Assembly: GCF_001194135.2 (NCBI RefSeq)
Contig: NC_068982.1
Location: 99,437,097 to 99,480,855, forward strand
DNA from: Octopus bimaculoides
Taxonomy: Eukaryota
Length of the DNA: 43,759 bases
Direction: 5' to 3'
This document shows, one piece after another, positions 24,382 through 37,548 of this stretch. Position 1 is the stretch's first letter; each line of letters starts with the position of its first letter. Both the position numbers and the translations under genes were made by a program. The notes beneath the pieces were generated by a model, which saw only the letters and a list, made by a program, of their open reading frames with translations, was not told the DNA's origin and did no database searches.

Positions 24382-24467
<86 letters not shown>
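24382..24467. repeat. (GA)n microsatellite
   Basis: Direct repeat. Confidence 0.97.
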
Positions 24468-24471
<4 letters not shown>

Positions 24472-24588
24472 TGGTTTAAGCACAGTATTTAAATATCACA
24501 TGGAAGGTTAAAAATGAATGTTTATCTCAGTCACATACTCGTAAGTTTATCATATTCTAACATCTTTGTTTATTTTGTTGCCGTGTAG

Positions 24589-24733
24589 TACCTCCATTAA
24601 TATCCAAGGTGCCATCACTGTCATACCCAACCAAGCCTTGTTACCATCAAAAATGGAATGCCCAGAGCCAGTGCTCATGAATAGCATTGGGAACAGATTA
24701 GCAAAGGAAGACGTGGTACTTGTGAAAATTTGA
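24589..24733 (+). CDS. Candidate terminal coding exon, unknown protein (strand ambiguous)
   Basis: Pyrimidine tract plus AG at 24587-24588, then TSINIQGAITVIPNQALLPSKMECPEPVLMNSIGNRLAKEDVVLVKI*. The antisense frame is also open. Confidence 0.2.
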
Positions 24734-26132
24734 AATCAACCAACTTCCGAATCCTCCTAAGAACACTAAACGATATACTTTTATCATCGCCTATTATTAA
24801 ACGGCGATATTGAACTCACGCCACTGACTGCCATTGGCGGGTAGGTTATATATCAATAGAGCATGTTCTGACAATAGGCGAGTTTTCCTTTGTGGAGTAT
24901 GTCTGGTGGCATAACTAAGTATCTTTGCCGATGTATTAAAAAAACAATGTTTCAGCGCCAGTAAAATGATAAACAATACTAAATTGCACTCTATTATTTT
25001 CCGCGATGTGGGCGAGAAAGAGCAACACAAGAGCGTAAACACATGGAAACAAAAATACTCTTCAGATAAAAACTTATTGAATTAAGAACATTAAATTGGT
25101 TAGAAGAAAACAGAAATAGATGCTATAAAGTGTGTGTGTGTGGTGGCGGGGGAAATCCTTTCATTTATTGGAAGAATATAAGGAAGTCGATACATTTGCC
25201 AAAAAGATAAACAAAAATAAATTGTCTGCTTAATAAAGAAAGACAATGATAATAGAGGGAAACAATGGTAATACTGATATTAGTGGCAGCAACAACAAAA
25301 ACAACAGTATGGTGCTAAGATAGATAGATAGATAGTAGTTGAGAATTCTACAAATATGTGTACCCTTAATTGTCAGGCAGAATTAAGGGTTTACTGAAAT
25401 AAACCTTTTCTAGCACTTAGCTTATCATAATCTGTTGTATTCGTAATCGGAACTCAAGCGTGAATTTACTTTCCTTCAATAATCTTGCAACACTTCGTGT
25501 GAGTCGCAAGCTAACTCTAGAGAGGTTGATTTCAAACTTATTAAGCATATTTAGCTACGTTGAGTCATCCACACACTTTCCAGTGTCTAATCACTGCACC
25601 ATAGTCATTCCCGCGACTTCACATCAAACTCATTAGCCTTACTGTTACTATATTGTCAATACTACTTAAATAAAAAGTATTTAACCGTCAGTATGCCGTA
25701 TTTTTTCCTCGGAACAATTCACCAAAGTTTTATGGCTATTTCTAACAGAGTGATGCTGTGAATGGCAAAATTAGTACAGGACCAGACAAAAGATCTTCCA
25801 ATGCTTTACTTTAAGTCGCACTCTTTTACTTTCTGATTCGAAGTCATTTCAGGTGTCGGCTTTGTTTGTTATCAGTCCTAGTCAATAAAATCAGTGCCAG
25901 TCAAGTTAGGCGGTCACTTTAATATACTGAGCGCAGCTGTAGAATATGTGACTGTGTACCTATATGAGAAATTACGATAGCTACTGAGAAGCTAGGACGT
26001 TGACCAGCATTCTCGCTTGTTGCTTGGACACCGTACTACTTGGCATCTTTCATTTATTGAATTAATTCTAATTCAGTCATTTAAGATGTTCCGAAGACTA
26101 ACTGAATCAATGCTCACTCATAGTATTGAACA

Positions 26133-26134
<2 letters not shown>

Positions 26135-26176
<42 letters not shown>

Positions 26177-26528
26177 AGCAAAATCGTTACCACCATAATT
26201 GCTAATCCTAAAATCATCATCATCATCATCATCATCATCCTCATCATCGATGATGACGATGACCTTCTGCGTGTTTGGGAGCAAATTAATGATAATGATA
26301 GCGTACACAAATTTGGCATGTCCTTTGGAATATGGAAACACCAAGAACAATAATCAATAGTGGGGTTGTACATTTGGAAAGCAATATAAAATCTAATAAC
26401 ACTAGTTTCCCATTGGTTTCGTAGAAATGGTTTCTCGATAGCATCCTTTACTTTGTTCCCAGAGGATATATGATAGAATTTCTATCGAATAACAAATGCC
26501 AAATCAAAAATGAGACAGAGCTTAGATT

Positions 26529-26562
<34 letters not shown>

Positions 26563-26587
26563 TTGTCTTTGTTTTTGTTGTTGTTGT

Positions 26588-26640
<53 letters not shown>
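26135..26640. repeat. Microsatellite cluster: (AAAT)n, (ATC)n, and (TTG)n(ATG)n at about 26525-26640
   Basis: Direct repeats; source of the poly-D/M/I/L ORFs. Confidence 0.92.
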
Positions 26641-26643
26641 TTA

Positions 26644-26866
26644 AGGCCGCGAGCTAGCAGAATCGTTAGCTCGCCGGGAAAATTCTTAGCGGCATTTTGC
26701 CCGTCTTTACGTTCAGAGTTCAAATTCCTCCGACGTCGACTCTGCTTTTTCATCCTTTCTGGGTTCATAAAATAGATACCAATCAAGTACTGGGATCGAT
26801 GTAATTGACTAGTTCCCCCCACCCTCAAAATTGCAGGTCTTCTGCCTATAGTAGAAATTATTATTA
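26644..26866 (+). mobile_element. SINE family A, full length
   Basis: GCGAGCTAGCAGAATCGTTAGC head, GAGTTCAAATT B-box-like motif, family body, ATT tail. Confidence 0.88.
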
Positions 26867-27462
26867 CCGTTGTTGTTGTTGTTAGTTGTTGTTGTTGTTG
26901 TTGCTGCTGCTCCTGTTACAAATATTGCTGTTGTTATTGTTGTTACTACCACTAGTATCAATATTAGCATTGTCTCCCACTATCATAATTGTTTTTCTTA
27001 TTAAACAGAAAATTAATTTTTGTATATATTTCTGGCAAATATATATATTTCATTATATTCTACCAATAACTGAAAGGAAATTCTTCCCCACCACACACAC
27101 AGGCACGCACACATATACACACTTATTTTAGAACATCTACTATTTTTTGCTCACCAATTTACTGTCCTTATTTCACTGAGTTTTTGTCTGTATAGTATTT
27201 TTGCTTTTGGTATTTGTCTTTCCGAAATCTATTGAGTAATGATTTTCTTTTCTTACAAACTCACCACTAATACTGCCATTTTGTCATGCATACATACATT
27301 CTGAATGCGTGAAATATGTTTTCATTTATAATATAATAATAAACAATGCTTTAAAACTGCTTTTCCCTCTCTTCACACGGAACAACAGAAAATGACTTTA
27401 TTATAAGTTATCAAGTAAACCTCACTGACTATATATTTTCTATATGAGACACTGAGCGAAAT

Positions 27463-27883
27463 CTTTAATCTTTTATCGTCTGCTTGTTTCATTCTTTGGA
27501 CTACGACCATGTTGTGGCACCGCTGTAAAGGACTTATTCGAACAAATCAAACCAAAGTTTTATTTATTTTATTTTCTTAGTCTGGTACTTGCTTTATAGG
27601 TTTCTATTTATTTTAAACCTGGTACTTATTCTATATGCTCCTTCAGCCGAACAGTTAATATAAACAAACCAACACGTGTGTGTGTATGTGTGTGTGTGTG
27701 TATTTATATACACGACAGGCTTCTTTCAGTTTCCGTCAACCAATTCCGTTCACAGGGATTTGGTCGGCCCAGGATTATAGTTTAACGTAGAAGACACTTT
27801 CCCAAGTTGCCATGCAGTGGGATTGAATCCGAAGACATCTGGTTGGGTAGTAAATATCCTAAAGCACAGTTGCAGGTGCGCTT
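27463..27883 (-). mobile_element. Diverged SINE family B copy
   Basis: Reverse complement aligns with 11301-11730 (GGGCTTCTTTCAGTTTCCGTC, GAAGACACTT.CCCAAG, internal TG repeat). Confidence 0.8.
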
Positions 27884-28581
27884 GTGAAATTTTAGTAATA
27901 CCCTGGTCAAAATTGAACCCTATTTAGGATGCTATTTAGTGTTGTTCTCTTTATGTCTATACCCACAAGATCACTTTTTACTTCTTACTGGAGATATGCG
28001 TGTTATGAGTAATTTGTGATAATATTCCAACAATATTTTTTGCTTTTGAACCAACCCATGATAAATGTTGGATTATAAATTTTATCCGAATCGAATTGCT
28101 TTCCGCCAAAATCTCATTTTTTTCTATTTCATTTCTTACCAAAAATTTTTATTTTGTTAAAATTATTCTTTAAACTACTTTTTAAAAAATACTACGGGGA
28201 AATATAAGTTCAAATAATTGTACATACCGTCCAAAGCTGGTTCACACGTCTACATACAAATATTTGCACGTATACATCCAAGATAATTCAATTCTAAATA
28301 CCCACACGGCAGCCAACGTGTTATTTCCCCGTGTATTGTGTTGACGAAGGAAGAAAGCCTATTTTTTGGCTTTAATCCAGAAATTGGAAACAATTCACAA
28401 TTAACGTGAGGTCTTTTAAGTTTTCTTTCACTAGCCTGCTTTCAGCCATGTTTATATTTATCTGGAGTTTTTGGCAGTTTTTTTTAAGGTATGCTGGAGA
28501 CAGGTCGCTTTCGCCCGAACTCCCTTAATATAATTATATACATATGTATATTATTATTAATTTAATCACTCTCGCTCTCTC

Positions 28582-28625
<44 letters not shown>

Positions 28626-29385
28626 CATATACACTTATATGTATATACATATATATACATTTATCTCTCTTTGTAAGTATATATGTGTGTGTGTGTGTAT
28701 ACACTCATGCACACGCATACATATTATACGTACCTATGCATGTACATACATATATGTGTATGCGTGTGTGAGTGTGCAAATATGTTTTCGTGCGCTCATG
28801 TTTGCTTACATTTCGTACACAAAATGCTTGTATTCAGCGTCTGTAACTGTCACTCACACCCACTCCATTTGTTGTTTTAGCTTTCTTTTCACAGAGACAT
28901 AAGGATGTCCATAAATTATCTTTACAATTTCCAAATTTCCGAACTTCAAACTATAATGGTAATTTATACCCCTCCACCAAAGCCAGTTTAGGAAAAAAAA
29001 GTCTATAGTGAGCATGAAGGAGGTCAGATTTGTTTCAAACATACACAAAGCCTAACTTATTACTAATTTTATATAGTGAAAATAGCAGTCAAATTACAAA
29101 CTTTGTTTTTTTTTGTAAATATACTCCCTCATGCACCAAATGTCAATTTCTAAAAAGAATTAGTGAAATAAAATTAAGCAGCAACACCAAACGGTGCTGC
29201 CCCAGCATGGCCACAGCTCACGAGCTGAAACTAGATCAAATCAAATCAAATCAAATCATATAAGCTTAAAAGCCGCAATCCATGCAAACTTTTAAGCTAG
29301 TTCCTGCGTGGGTTAATTGGGCCTGCGACCCCAAACTATAGAGAGATAAATAGCATGGCTATAATACGTCTATAATGACTATATG

Positions 29386-29773
29386 GTGGAGGTGCAATGA
29401 CCCAGTGGTTAGGGCAGCGGACTCGCGGTCATAGGATCGTGGTTTCGATTCCCGGACCGGGCGTTGTGTGTGTTTATTGAGCGAAAACACCTAAAGCTCC
29501 ACGAGGCTCCTGCAGGAGATGGTGGCGAACCCTGCTGTACTCTTCCACCACAACTTTCTCTCACTCTTTCTTCCTGTTTCTGTTGTACCTGTATTTCAAA
29601 GGGCCAGCCTTGTCACACTGTGTCACGCTGAATCTCCCCGAGAACTACGTTAAGGGTGCACGTGTCTGTGGAGTGCTCAGCCACTTGCACGCTAATTTCA
29701 CAAGCAGGCTGTTCTATTGACTGAAATCAACTGGAACCTTCGACGTCGTAAACGACGGAGTGCCAACAACAAC
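29386..29773 (+). mobile_element. tRNA-derived SINE family C, full length
   Basis: A box TGACCCAGTGG, B box GGTTTCGATTCCC, (CAA)n tail, perfect 12-bp TSD AATGACTATATG at 29374-29385 and 29774-29785. Confidence 0.9.
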
Positions 29774-31883
29774 AATGACTATATGCCCCGGTGGTGTTTG
29801 ATCAGAGGTTAAGGATAGATGGTAATTAATTCTGTAATGCAATCATTCTCTTGTTCCAGTCTAAAGTTGAATTCCAGCTGTTGCCCAATTTATCCCAAAG
29901 TTTTTTTCTCGACATAAAATTAACGAAGCGAATGTCATTTATCTCTTCCTTGATCACCCCTGGCTTCATCTGACAAACGGCAACCAAGATGGCGTGAATC
30001 AGTCAAGCTTTACTTGCTAGAAATAGAAACCCAGATACTTTTAAATCAAATTCCAATGCTGGATATTCAAGAACCAAATGAAGGGTAGATTTTCAATCCC
30101 GGGATCATCCTGATTCCAAGAAGGTGTATAATATGTATATGTAGAGCAAATGTAGACTGAGGTACAGGAGTCCCAAATGGACAAACAAAATTTCACTTTT
30201 ATCATTATAAATAGATATGCACACGTAATCTAAGTTTTAGATTTTGGTGGGAATTAGTGTATGTTCTGGCTCTTTATTTTTTACAATTGACAAAGTTTTA
30301 TGAGCAAAGTAAATTCGATAAGTAAAGATTTATCGTAGAATTCAACTTATGACAGGAAAACAACAGATTTTAATCTAATTAAATAACTTGGTTATACAAC
30401 TCTGAGGAAAGAAATATAGAAAAAAAAGCATGAAGATATAATAAAAAGGTATATCAAAGAAAATAATGCATAGCAGTGTACAATGAGAGATTAGAGAAAA
30501 ACAAATCTAATTAAGTATCTTATGATTCCTGCATGTTTTCTTTAATCTTCTAACTTAATATTCTAAATACTTTTTTTGTACATGTTCTAGTACATATACC
30601 GTCGTTTTTTGTTCTTCATAAAATGCCTTTGTAAAGCCAGTTAATAAAAATGTTTAGTATGTATATTGCTTCACAAATATTTGGAATATTTTGAAACTCT
30701 TCCGTTAAAATATTTTTGCTTTGCTTTGTGCTAACATTTGTTAAATGCTTAAACAATACTAATTTCCATAGACGGCATCACCTTGTGTATTTTCCCCGCC
30801 ATTAATTCGCTTCTGAACCTGTTCCTACTCTGTGCGCGCGCGCGCGCGTAACTGAAAAAAAGCATAATTTATATATTCGATGATGCAAAGTTTACGAATA
30901 ATTATCTTTTAAAACAAAACAAAACAAAAAAACAAATGATTCGTCGAAAGTTTTTCGTATAAAAGCTTTCAAACATTTCAAAAAGCAATTGTATTTCTTT
31001 ATTTCAAATGTATTCGAAGAGTAATTCTTTCTTTTGTCCTACAACTTTAATAATATATTTCAATGGGTTAAAAACAAAATTAAACACAAAACTGTGTGCA
31101 TAGTTTATACTTTTTCCTCTTTTCACAAGTCTAAAACATTCTTCATTATTATATCCTAACAACCTCTCCATAGTGATAACAAAAATAGTATGTTTCATGA
31201 TCCATTCTCAAACAATATAAACATTTAAAACAAACTAATTTCTAGGTTAAATCCTGACAATCGTTCATAGAAATCTCACACGCCTCATACAAGTTAAACT
31301 GTTTTTTCAAACGGAAATTTTATTTCTTTCTTGAAAATATAGAAACTATTAAACCAATAGGATTGTTTCTAAGTGGTTACTTGAATTGCTAGAAATAACA
31401 GGAATATTTCACTCAAATCACTCCCTTACTGGTTTAATAGAAGAAAGATTCATTAGATAATATAATCACAGGTCATACTTCTCGAAATGATTTCACCGTC
31501 AACGCATTGGATCATGTCTGCTTAATCAGAGTTGACTAAAACTAAACAAATCCATATTTAGTAAGATTTGCGTAGTTTTTTTGGAAAGAACTTTTGAAGC
31601 ACAGGCATGGATAATTAAATGATCAAGCTCAACGAATCTAATGGAAACTTAATCCATTAGAGAGTCTATAGCGACCGTTAACCTACAAGAAATAACAGCT
31701 AAATTCTCTTAAAAAATACCAAAAATAAACTATTGTGGGTTATTTAATCTTAAATACGTATACCTCCAAACAGAAGACGGTAGGGCCATAGCAAGAATTT
31801 TTTTCTTTATCATAAGCCTTATAGATGAAGGCTTATTTGAGAACAAGCAATAAGAATGCTAGCAACATCATTAAACGGATGGT

Positions 31884-31968
31884 CCGATTTGAACTCGGAA
31901 CGGGAAGACGGACCAAATACCGTTAAGCATTTTACCCGGCGTGCTAACAAGTCTGCCAGCTCGCCACC
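31884..31968 (-). mobile_element. SINE family A head fragment
   Basis: Reverse complement GGTGGCGAGCTGGCAGAC...GAGTTCAAAT matches the family head. Confidence 0.8.
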
Positions 31969-32315
31969 TTAAATTCAGGCTTATATTGATCAGCTAAAAC
32001 TATTTCCACTAAGTTTATAAACTACTTATAATCACGATTAGAGTTATCAAAAAGTAAATGACATCAACGACAGAAGAGACAAGACTGGTCTTTAAAAAGG
32101 TTTTGACAGACAATCCGTTGTCTCTAGAATTTTGAAAGATATTTTGCTAATCGCAGAGAAGTTATTTTCCAACTGTCGCCTCTGCCCTGTGGGACTGAAC
32201 TTTATTGGGATCAAAAGTGAAAGTTAGTCATGAGGAAAAGCAAACTAAGTTTGTTTTAAAATATAAGCTCTATAGTTTATTTCAAGCATTTCCATTCATG
32301 TATATAACTATGAGT

Positions 32316-32490
32316 AGGATGGTAAGCTAGAGCAGAATCGTTACAACCCTGGGCAAAATGCTTATTTCGTTCAAATTCCGCCGAGGTCGACTTTGCTTTT
32401 CATCATTTCGGGGTCGATAAAGTAAGTACCAGTAGAGCACTGGGATTTATGTAATCAATTTATTCCCTCCCCAAAATTTGTGACCAGAAG
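32316..32490 (+). mobile_element. SINE family A copy with internal deletion
   Basis: GCAGAATCGTTAC...GTTCAAATTCCGCCGAGGTCGACTTTGCTTTTCATC...AAGTACCAG. Confidence 0.82.
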
Positions 32491-33105
32491 AATATATACA
32501 GCTGTAAGGCTTGGAATAGATTTTATACTTTTGTTCATTATATTATTCTGTTGTTACACAGAACTAATGTTGTAATCGGCCTGTTTCCCATTACAACTCA
32601 TAATTTAGGCTGAAGAACATTTTTTGTTCCTTCTCTTTTATAATTTTTATTTTACTTTATCCATTGTACTTATTATGCTGCTTGGCATTTTTCTTAAGAT
32701 TTCTACCCAAAATAACTTACTTTCTTCAGCATTCGGTCTTTTGTTATAAGATTTCTAATTTTCCTCAAGAATATCAGATAAACGTTTCAGGTTTCAATGA
32801 AAAAAAATCGATCTTGCTTATATTGGTTGTCACTTTGTATGTCTTTTCTAATTTTGGTAGGTTTTACCTTTATTCGATGCGTTAATTCTTCGATCGTTGT
32901 CTCGGTTACTTTTTCTTACGTGATACATCGCCTCCAATCCACTTTTCTGTCTGTAATTTACTGATCCATTGATTCAGTTTACTTATATGTAAACCCCGAG
33001 CAACAGTTTTCAGTACCAGGAGAAAAAAATTTCTTGGATACCCTATTCCAGTATAAGCGCTGGTTTGTCACCCGCATTTTCTTTGTTACTTTCTGTATGT
33101 GTATG

Positions 33106-33207
33106 TCATTATTCAATTTATTTCAAGATTTCTTGCCAATAGAGAAAGATTCGGTTTCTAACCGAGGTTCCTTCATTGGAATTTCAACATCAACAACAGG
33201 GTATTTT
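33106..33207. other. About 100-bp non-repetitive insert inside a (TATG)n tract, possibly a retroposon 3' end
   Basis: TATG units on both sides (33094-33105 and 33208-33261). Only one copy in the window. Confidence 0.35.
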
Positions 33208-33996
33208 TGTATGTATGTATGTATGTATGTATGTATGTATGTATGTATGTATGCATGTATGTGCAGATTTGTATGCTTTATGTATGTATTCTCATGCATA
33301 TTGTTACATATCTAGACATGCTCTNNNNNNNNNNNNNNNNNNNNNNNNNNNNNNNNNNNNNNNNNNNNNNNNNNNNNNNNNNNNNNNNNNNNNNNNNNNN
33401 NNNNNNNNNNNNNNNNNNNNNNNNNNNNNNNNNNNNNNNNNNNNNNNNNNNNNNNNNNNNNNNNNNNNNNNNNNNNNNNNNNNNNNNNNNNNNNNNNNNN
33501 NNNNNNNNNNNNNNNNNNNNNNNNNNNNNNNNNNNNNNNNNNNNNNNNNNNNNNNNNNNNNNNNNNNNNNNNNNNNNNNNNNNNNNNNNNNNNNNNNNNN
33601 NNNNNNNNNNNNNNNNNNNNNNNNNNNNNNNNNNNNNNNNNNNNNNNNNNNNNNNNNNNNNNNNNNNNNNNNNNNNNNNNNNNNNNNNNNNNNNNNNNNN
33701 NNNNNNNNNNNNNNNNNNNNNNNNNNNNNNNNNNNNNNNNNNNNNNNNNNNNNNNNNNNNNNNNNNNNNNNNNNNNNNNNNNNNNNNNNNNNNNNNNNNN
33801 NNNNNNNNNNNNNNNNNNNNNNNNNNNNNNNNNNNNNNNNNNNNNNNNNNNNNNNNNNNNNNNNNNNNNNNNNNNNNNNNNNNNNNNNNNNNNNNNNNNN
33901 NNNNNNNNNNNNNNNNNNNNNNNNNNNNNNNNNNNNNNNNNNNNNNNNNNNNNNNNNNNNNNNNNNNNNNNNNNNNNNNNNNNNNNNNNNNNNNNN

Positions 33997-36570
33997 TTAT
34001 TAATTACCAGTTATTCTTTACTTGAAAGCAGGTAATAACAAATCACCAAAGGTGTCAAGTAGTGCCTTCTCCTGTGACTCAAAGAGACAACACTCCCCTT
34101 AGAATGCGAGCTGTACACAACAAAGCTGTCTTCTGGATCATTTCGAGCCTGACAGCAGCTTTAATATTCTCAATATGTTTTTCAAAGCTCTTGGAAACTG
34201 CTCCTAATGCTCCGATTACCACCGGTATCACCATTACTTTCCTCATGCCACATAATTTCCTATCTCGTCCCGCAGTGGCTGGTATTTCTTACTCTTTTCT
34301 GTTTCCTTACATTTCACCCTCGAATCGCCTGGTATTGCAACATCTGTTATCTTTACTTCTTTTTCATCTTTATGGATGGGCCGTCTCGCTTCTATAACTT
34401 GGTCGCACTGCATGTAAAATCTGAGAGTATTTTGTAATGTTCGTTTTCCATTACTCCCTCTGGCCTGTGTTCATACCATTGTTCGGCTCTTTCGAGGTTT
34501 GTTTTGCCACACAACAGCCAGTGGACATATCTGGTCATATTGTCGTGTCTCTTTTTGTATTCGCGTTGTGTGAGCTTACAGCATATTGTTATATGTCTTA
34601 TACTTTCTCCCTTCTCAGAGCAAATACTACACTGTGACGAGTCAGAGCTTTTATCAATGTTATATTTGGAGTAGTTTGTTTTGAGAGCTTGCTTTTGAGT
34701 GCTGCACACTAATGCCTCAGTGAGCTCTTTTAAGTCTCCTTTCTGCAGCCATTGCCAGGTTTTATTCCAATCAATCTCATCTTATTTTTCGAGAACTAAC
34801 TATGCATTTTCTTGTCCTGCCAAATTTTCTTCATCTGTTCTCTCTGGTCTTTCTTAAATTGTTTTGGATCTACGGCTTCGTTCACTTTTAAGGTTCCCAG
34901 CATTTTCACTGCTTCAATAATTTCTTCTTTCCTCCCCTTAACATACCAAGCCAGGCTATTCTCTTCCCTTACACAACCTTCATAACACACCAATCTCCGT
35001 CCTCTTTCTTTCCTATTTACATACAATATTGTCACATCGCTCTTGAGGTGTAGTTCTTTGTTCTGTGTCATTTATTTACGTGTTCTCCGGTCTATCTCCT
35101 GTAATTCATGCTTCTTCCAAGATACTATTCCTGTCTCATATCTCATCAAAGCAACCGATCATGTGTTAATTGCTCTAATCTTATAGCGGCCATCTAGCTT
35201 CGATTGGAGCACAAGCCGAGTTCTCTTCAAATACTCTTTCCTGTACATTTCTTTCATCTTGTGTTCATTCATCTTATTTCTTTCAGTGATACCCAGCTAC
35301 TTATATCCTTCCTCTCCGACTTCCTTTATAGTTTCACCACTTTCCAGCTTTATCCCATAGTTTTTACTAATTTTCCCCCTTTTGAGAATCATTACACCAC
35401 ATTTTTCGATCCCAGATTCCATGTCAATATCTTTGCTAATCATCTGCACAGTTGCCGTCAGCTGCTTCAGTTCTTCAATTACAATGTTCAAGCCTTTTGT
35501 ATCTACAACATACTTCTTCCTAACTTTTTTCAAATTTCCATTTATCCTTAAGTTTCCCAATTCCTTTTCCTCACAAGTATTGATACTACACTGTTCAAGG
35601 AGTTTATGGCTTCAGAAATTCTCCTTTTCCACCGCAGTTGTTTATTTCCTCTTCTATCCGTCGCTGTTCTCTTCTCAGAAGTTCTCAATCCCATCCTTTC
35701 CGCCACAATCCTACCAGCAGCTTTGATAAGATTATTTGTTTGTGTGATGTTCTTTGTTTCAATGTGTCTCAGCACATTATTGACTTTATTCGCCTCTTGA
35801 TTTAGTCTCCATTGATTAGCCTTCTTAAAGTCGCACATAAATCTTGTCCCTTCTGTATTTAATAGATCCAAAACACCCTGTCTATTTTTAATTGAGCTTC
35901 ATTGTGTGAGTAGTCACTGATCTTAATTCTTAGTCACATAATCTCTGTTCAGTAATTTCGAAAGGTTCCATTGCCTTCTAGTCACTGTGCATTCATTTTC
36001 TGTACCCTCTAATGGGCACACCATTCGCATCCACTGGAGTGATCCAGTAGTAACACTCCATAACCACCATGTTTACTTGTTTACTCTACTTACGTCTTTT
36101 AGCATGGCTAGCAATTGCTGGATTACGACCGAGCCCACTCTGCTGCACAGTGAGACACCTGCCGGGTGCAGCAGCTTCACCACTGGTTCCACCATTCACT
36201 GGTTCACACCGTTCACATCTATTTTGCTTGGCGTTTTCACTCACAAATGAGGTGTTTTTTTAGGTTACTACCAACCGGTATTTTTATCGAGTTAGTCCAC
36301 TAAGGTGGCAGAGCCCTTGCTCTCCTGGTTTTGAACTCAGGTTCCTCCTTCTCCTAAGCTGCTTGCCATCCAAGGCTAACGAGTACAACCTCTCCGAAGC
36401 ACTGGTTATTTGAAGTCACCAGATGCTCGCGTTTTCCCACTCTTCTCATGATGGTTTGGAAAAGGAGTCGGGCTTGACCGTCAGAGGACAGGACTTGCGC
36501 CGGCCATTGGGGCGTTTTATAAGTGATGGGATGCTCCATTCCCCACACCACCCCGTCATTGACAGACAAT
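33997..36570 (-). mobile_element. Near full-length, internally deleted, degenerate R4/Dong/Rex6-type LINE
   Basis: From 5' to 3': GC-rich UTR; N-terminal RRK*SKQVNMVVMECYY...GYRK*MH...EQRLCD; NNLIKAAGRIVAERMG...WKRRI; post-RT SKDIDMESGIEKC; CCHC knuckle CSICSEKGESIRHITICC; REL region DVAIPGD...VIPVVIGALG...KTALLCTARILR. The RT core is absent. Confidence 0.9.
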
Positions 36571-36662
36571 TAGAAATAAATACATAAATAAATAATAATA
36601 AAAAAAAGAAAGAAAGAAAGAAAAATGAATGAATTATTATTATTATTATTATTATTATTATT

Positions 36663-37021
36663 GTTCAGTAGTTTTATTTTGATAATGTGCTTTCACTTCA
36701 CTACCGAGCGCAGCTCTGTGCGCCTTGGGTATGTGCTGTGGTTTGCTGTGGTGCTCTTGTGTTTACTGTATTGAAAGTGTTTTGCGTAGAATGTGTGCAG
36801 TACCCAGTAGTGCAATTTTCTGTATGTTATATATATTTGTAAGTCCTGCTATTTTTGTTATGTATTTGTCTGAATATTTTTTTATTATACCTAAGGCACC
36901 TACTATGATAGGAATTGTTTCTGTTTTTAGATTCCACATTCGAGTTATCTCTATTTCCAGGTCTTTGTATTTTGAAAGTTTTTCCATTTCTTTTAGAGAA
37001 ACGTTGTCATCTGCTGGTATT
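36663..37021 (-). mobile_element. R4/Dong-clade LINE 3' fragment (REL C-terminus plus 3' UTR), continues into gap
   Basis: IPADDNVSLKEMEKLSKYKDLEIEITRMWNLKTETIPIIVGALG...KIALLGTAHILRKTL*, open with no stops. (TAA)n on the 3' side (36634-36662) and again after the gap (37549-37607). Confidence 0.9.
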
Positions 37022-37548
37022 NNNNNNNNNNNNNNNNNNNNNNNNNNNNNNNNNNNNNNNNNNNNNNNNNNNNNNNNNNNNNNNNNNNNNNNNNNNNNNN
37101 NNNNNNNNNNNNNNNNNNNNNNNNNNNNNNNNNNNNNNNNNNNNNNNNNNNNNNNNNNNNNNNNNNNNNNNNNNNNNNNNNNNNNNNNNNNNNNNNNNNN
37201 NNNNNNNNNNNNNNNNNNNNNNNNNNNNNNNNNNNNNNNNNNNNNNNNNNNNNNNNNNNNNNNNNNNNNNNNNNNNNNNNNNNNNNNNNNNNNNNNNNNN
37301 NNNNNNNNNNNNNNNNNNNNNNNNNNNNNNNNNNNNNNNNNNNNNNNNNNNNNNNNNNNNNNNNNNNNNNNNNNNNNNNNNNNNNNNNNNNNNNNNNNNN
37401 NNNNNNNNNNNNNNNNNNNNNNNNNNNNNNNNNNNNNNNNNNNNNNNNNNNNNNNNNNNNNNNNNNNNNNNNNNNNNNNNNNNNNNNNNNNNNNNNNNNN
37501 NNNNNNNNNNNNNNNNNNNNNNNNNNNNNNNNNNNNNNNNNNNNNNNN

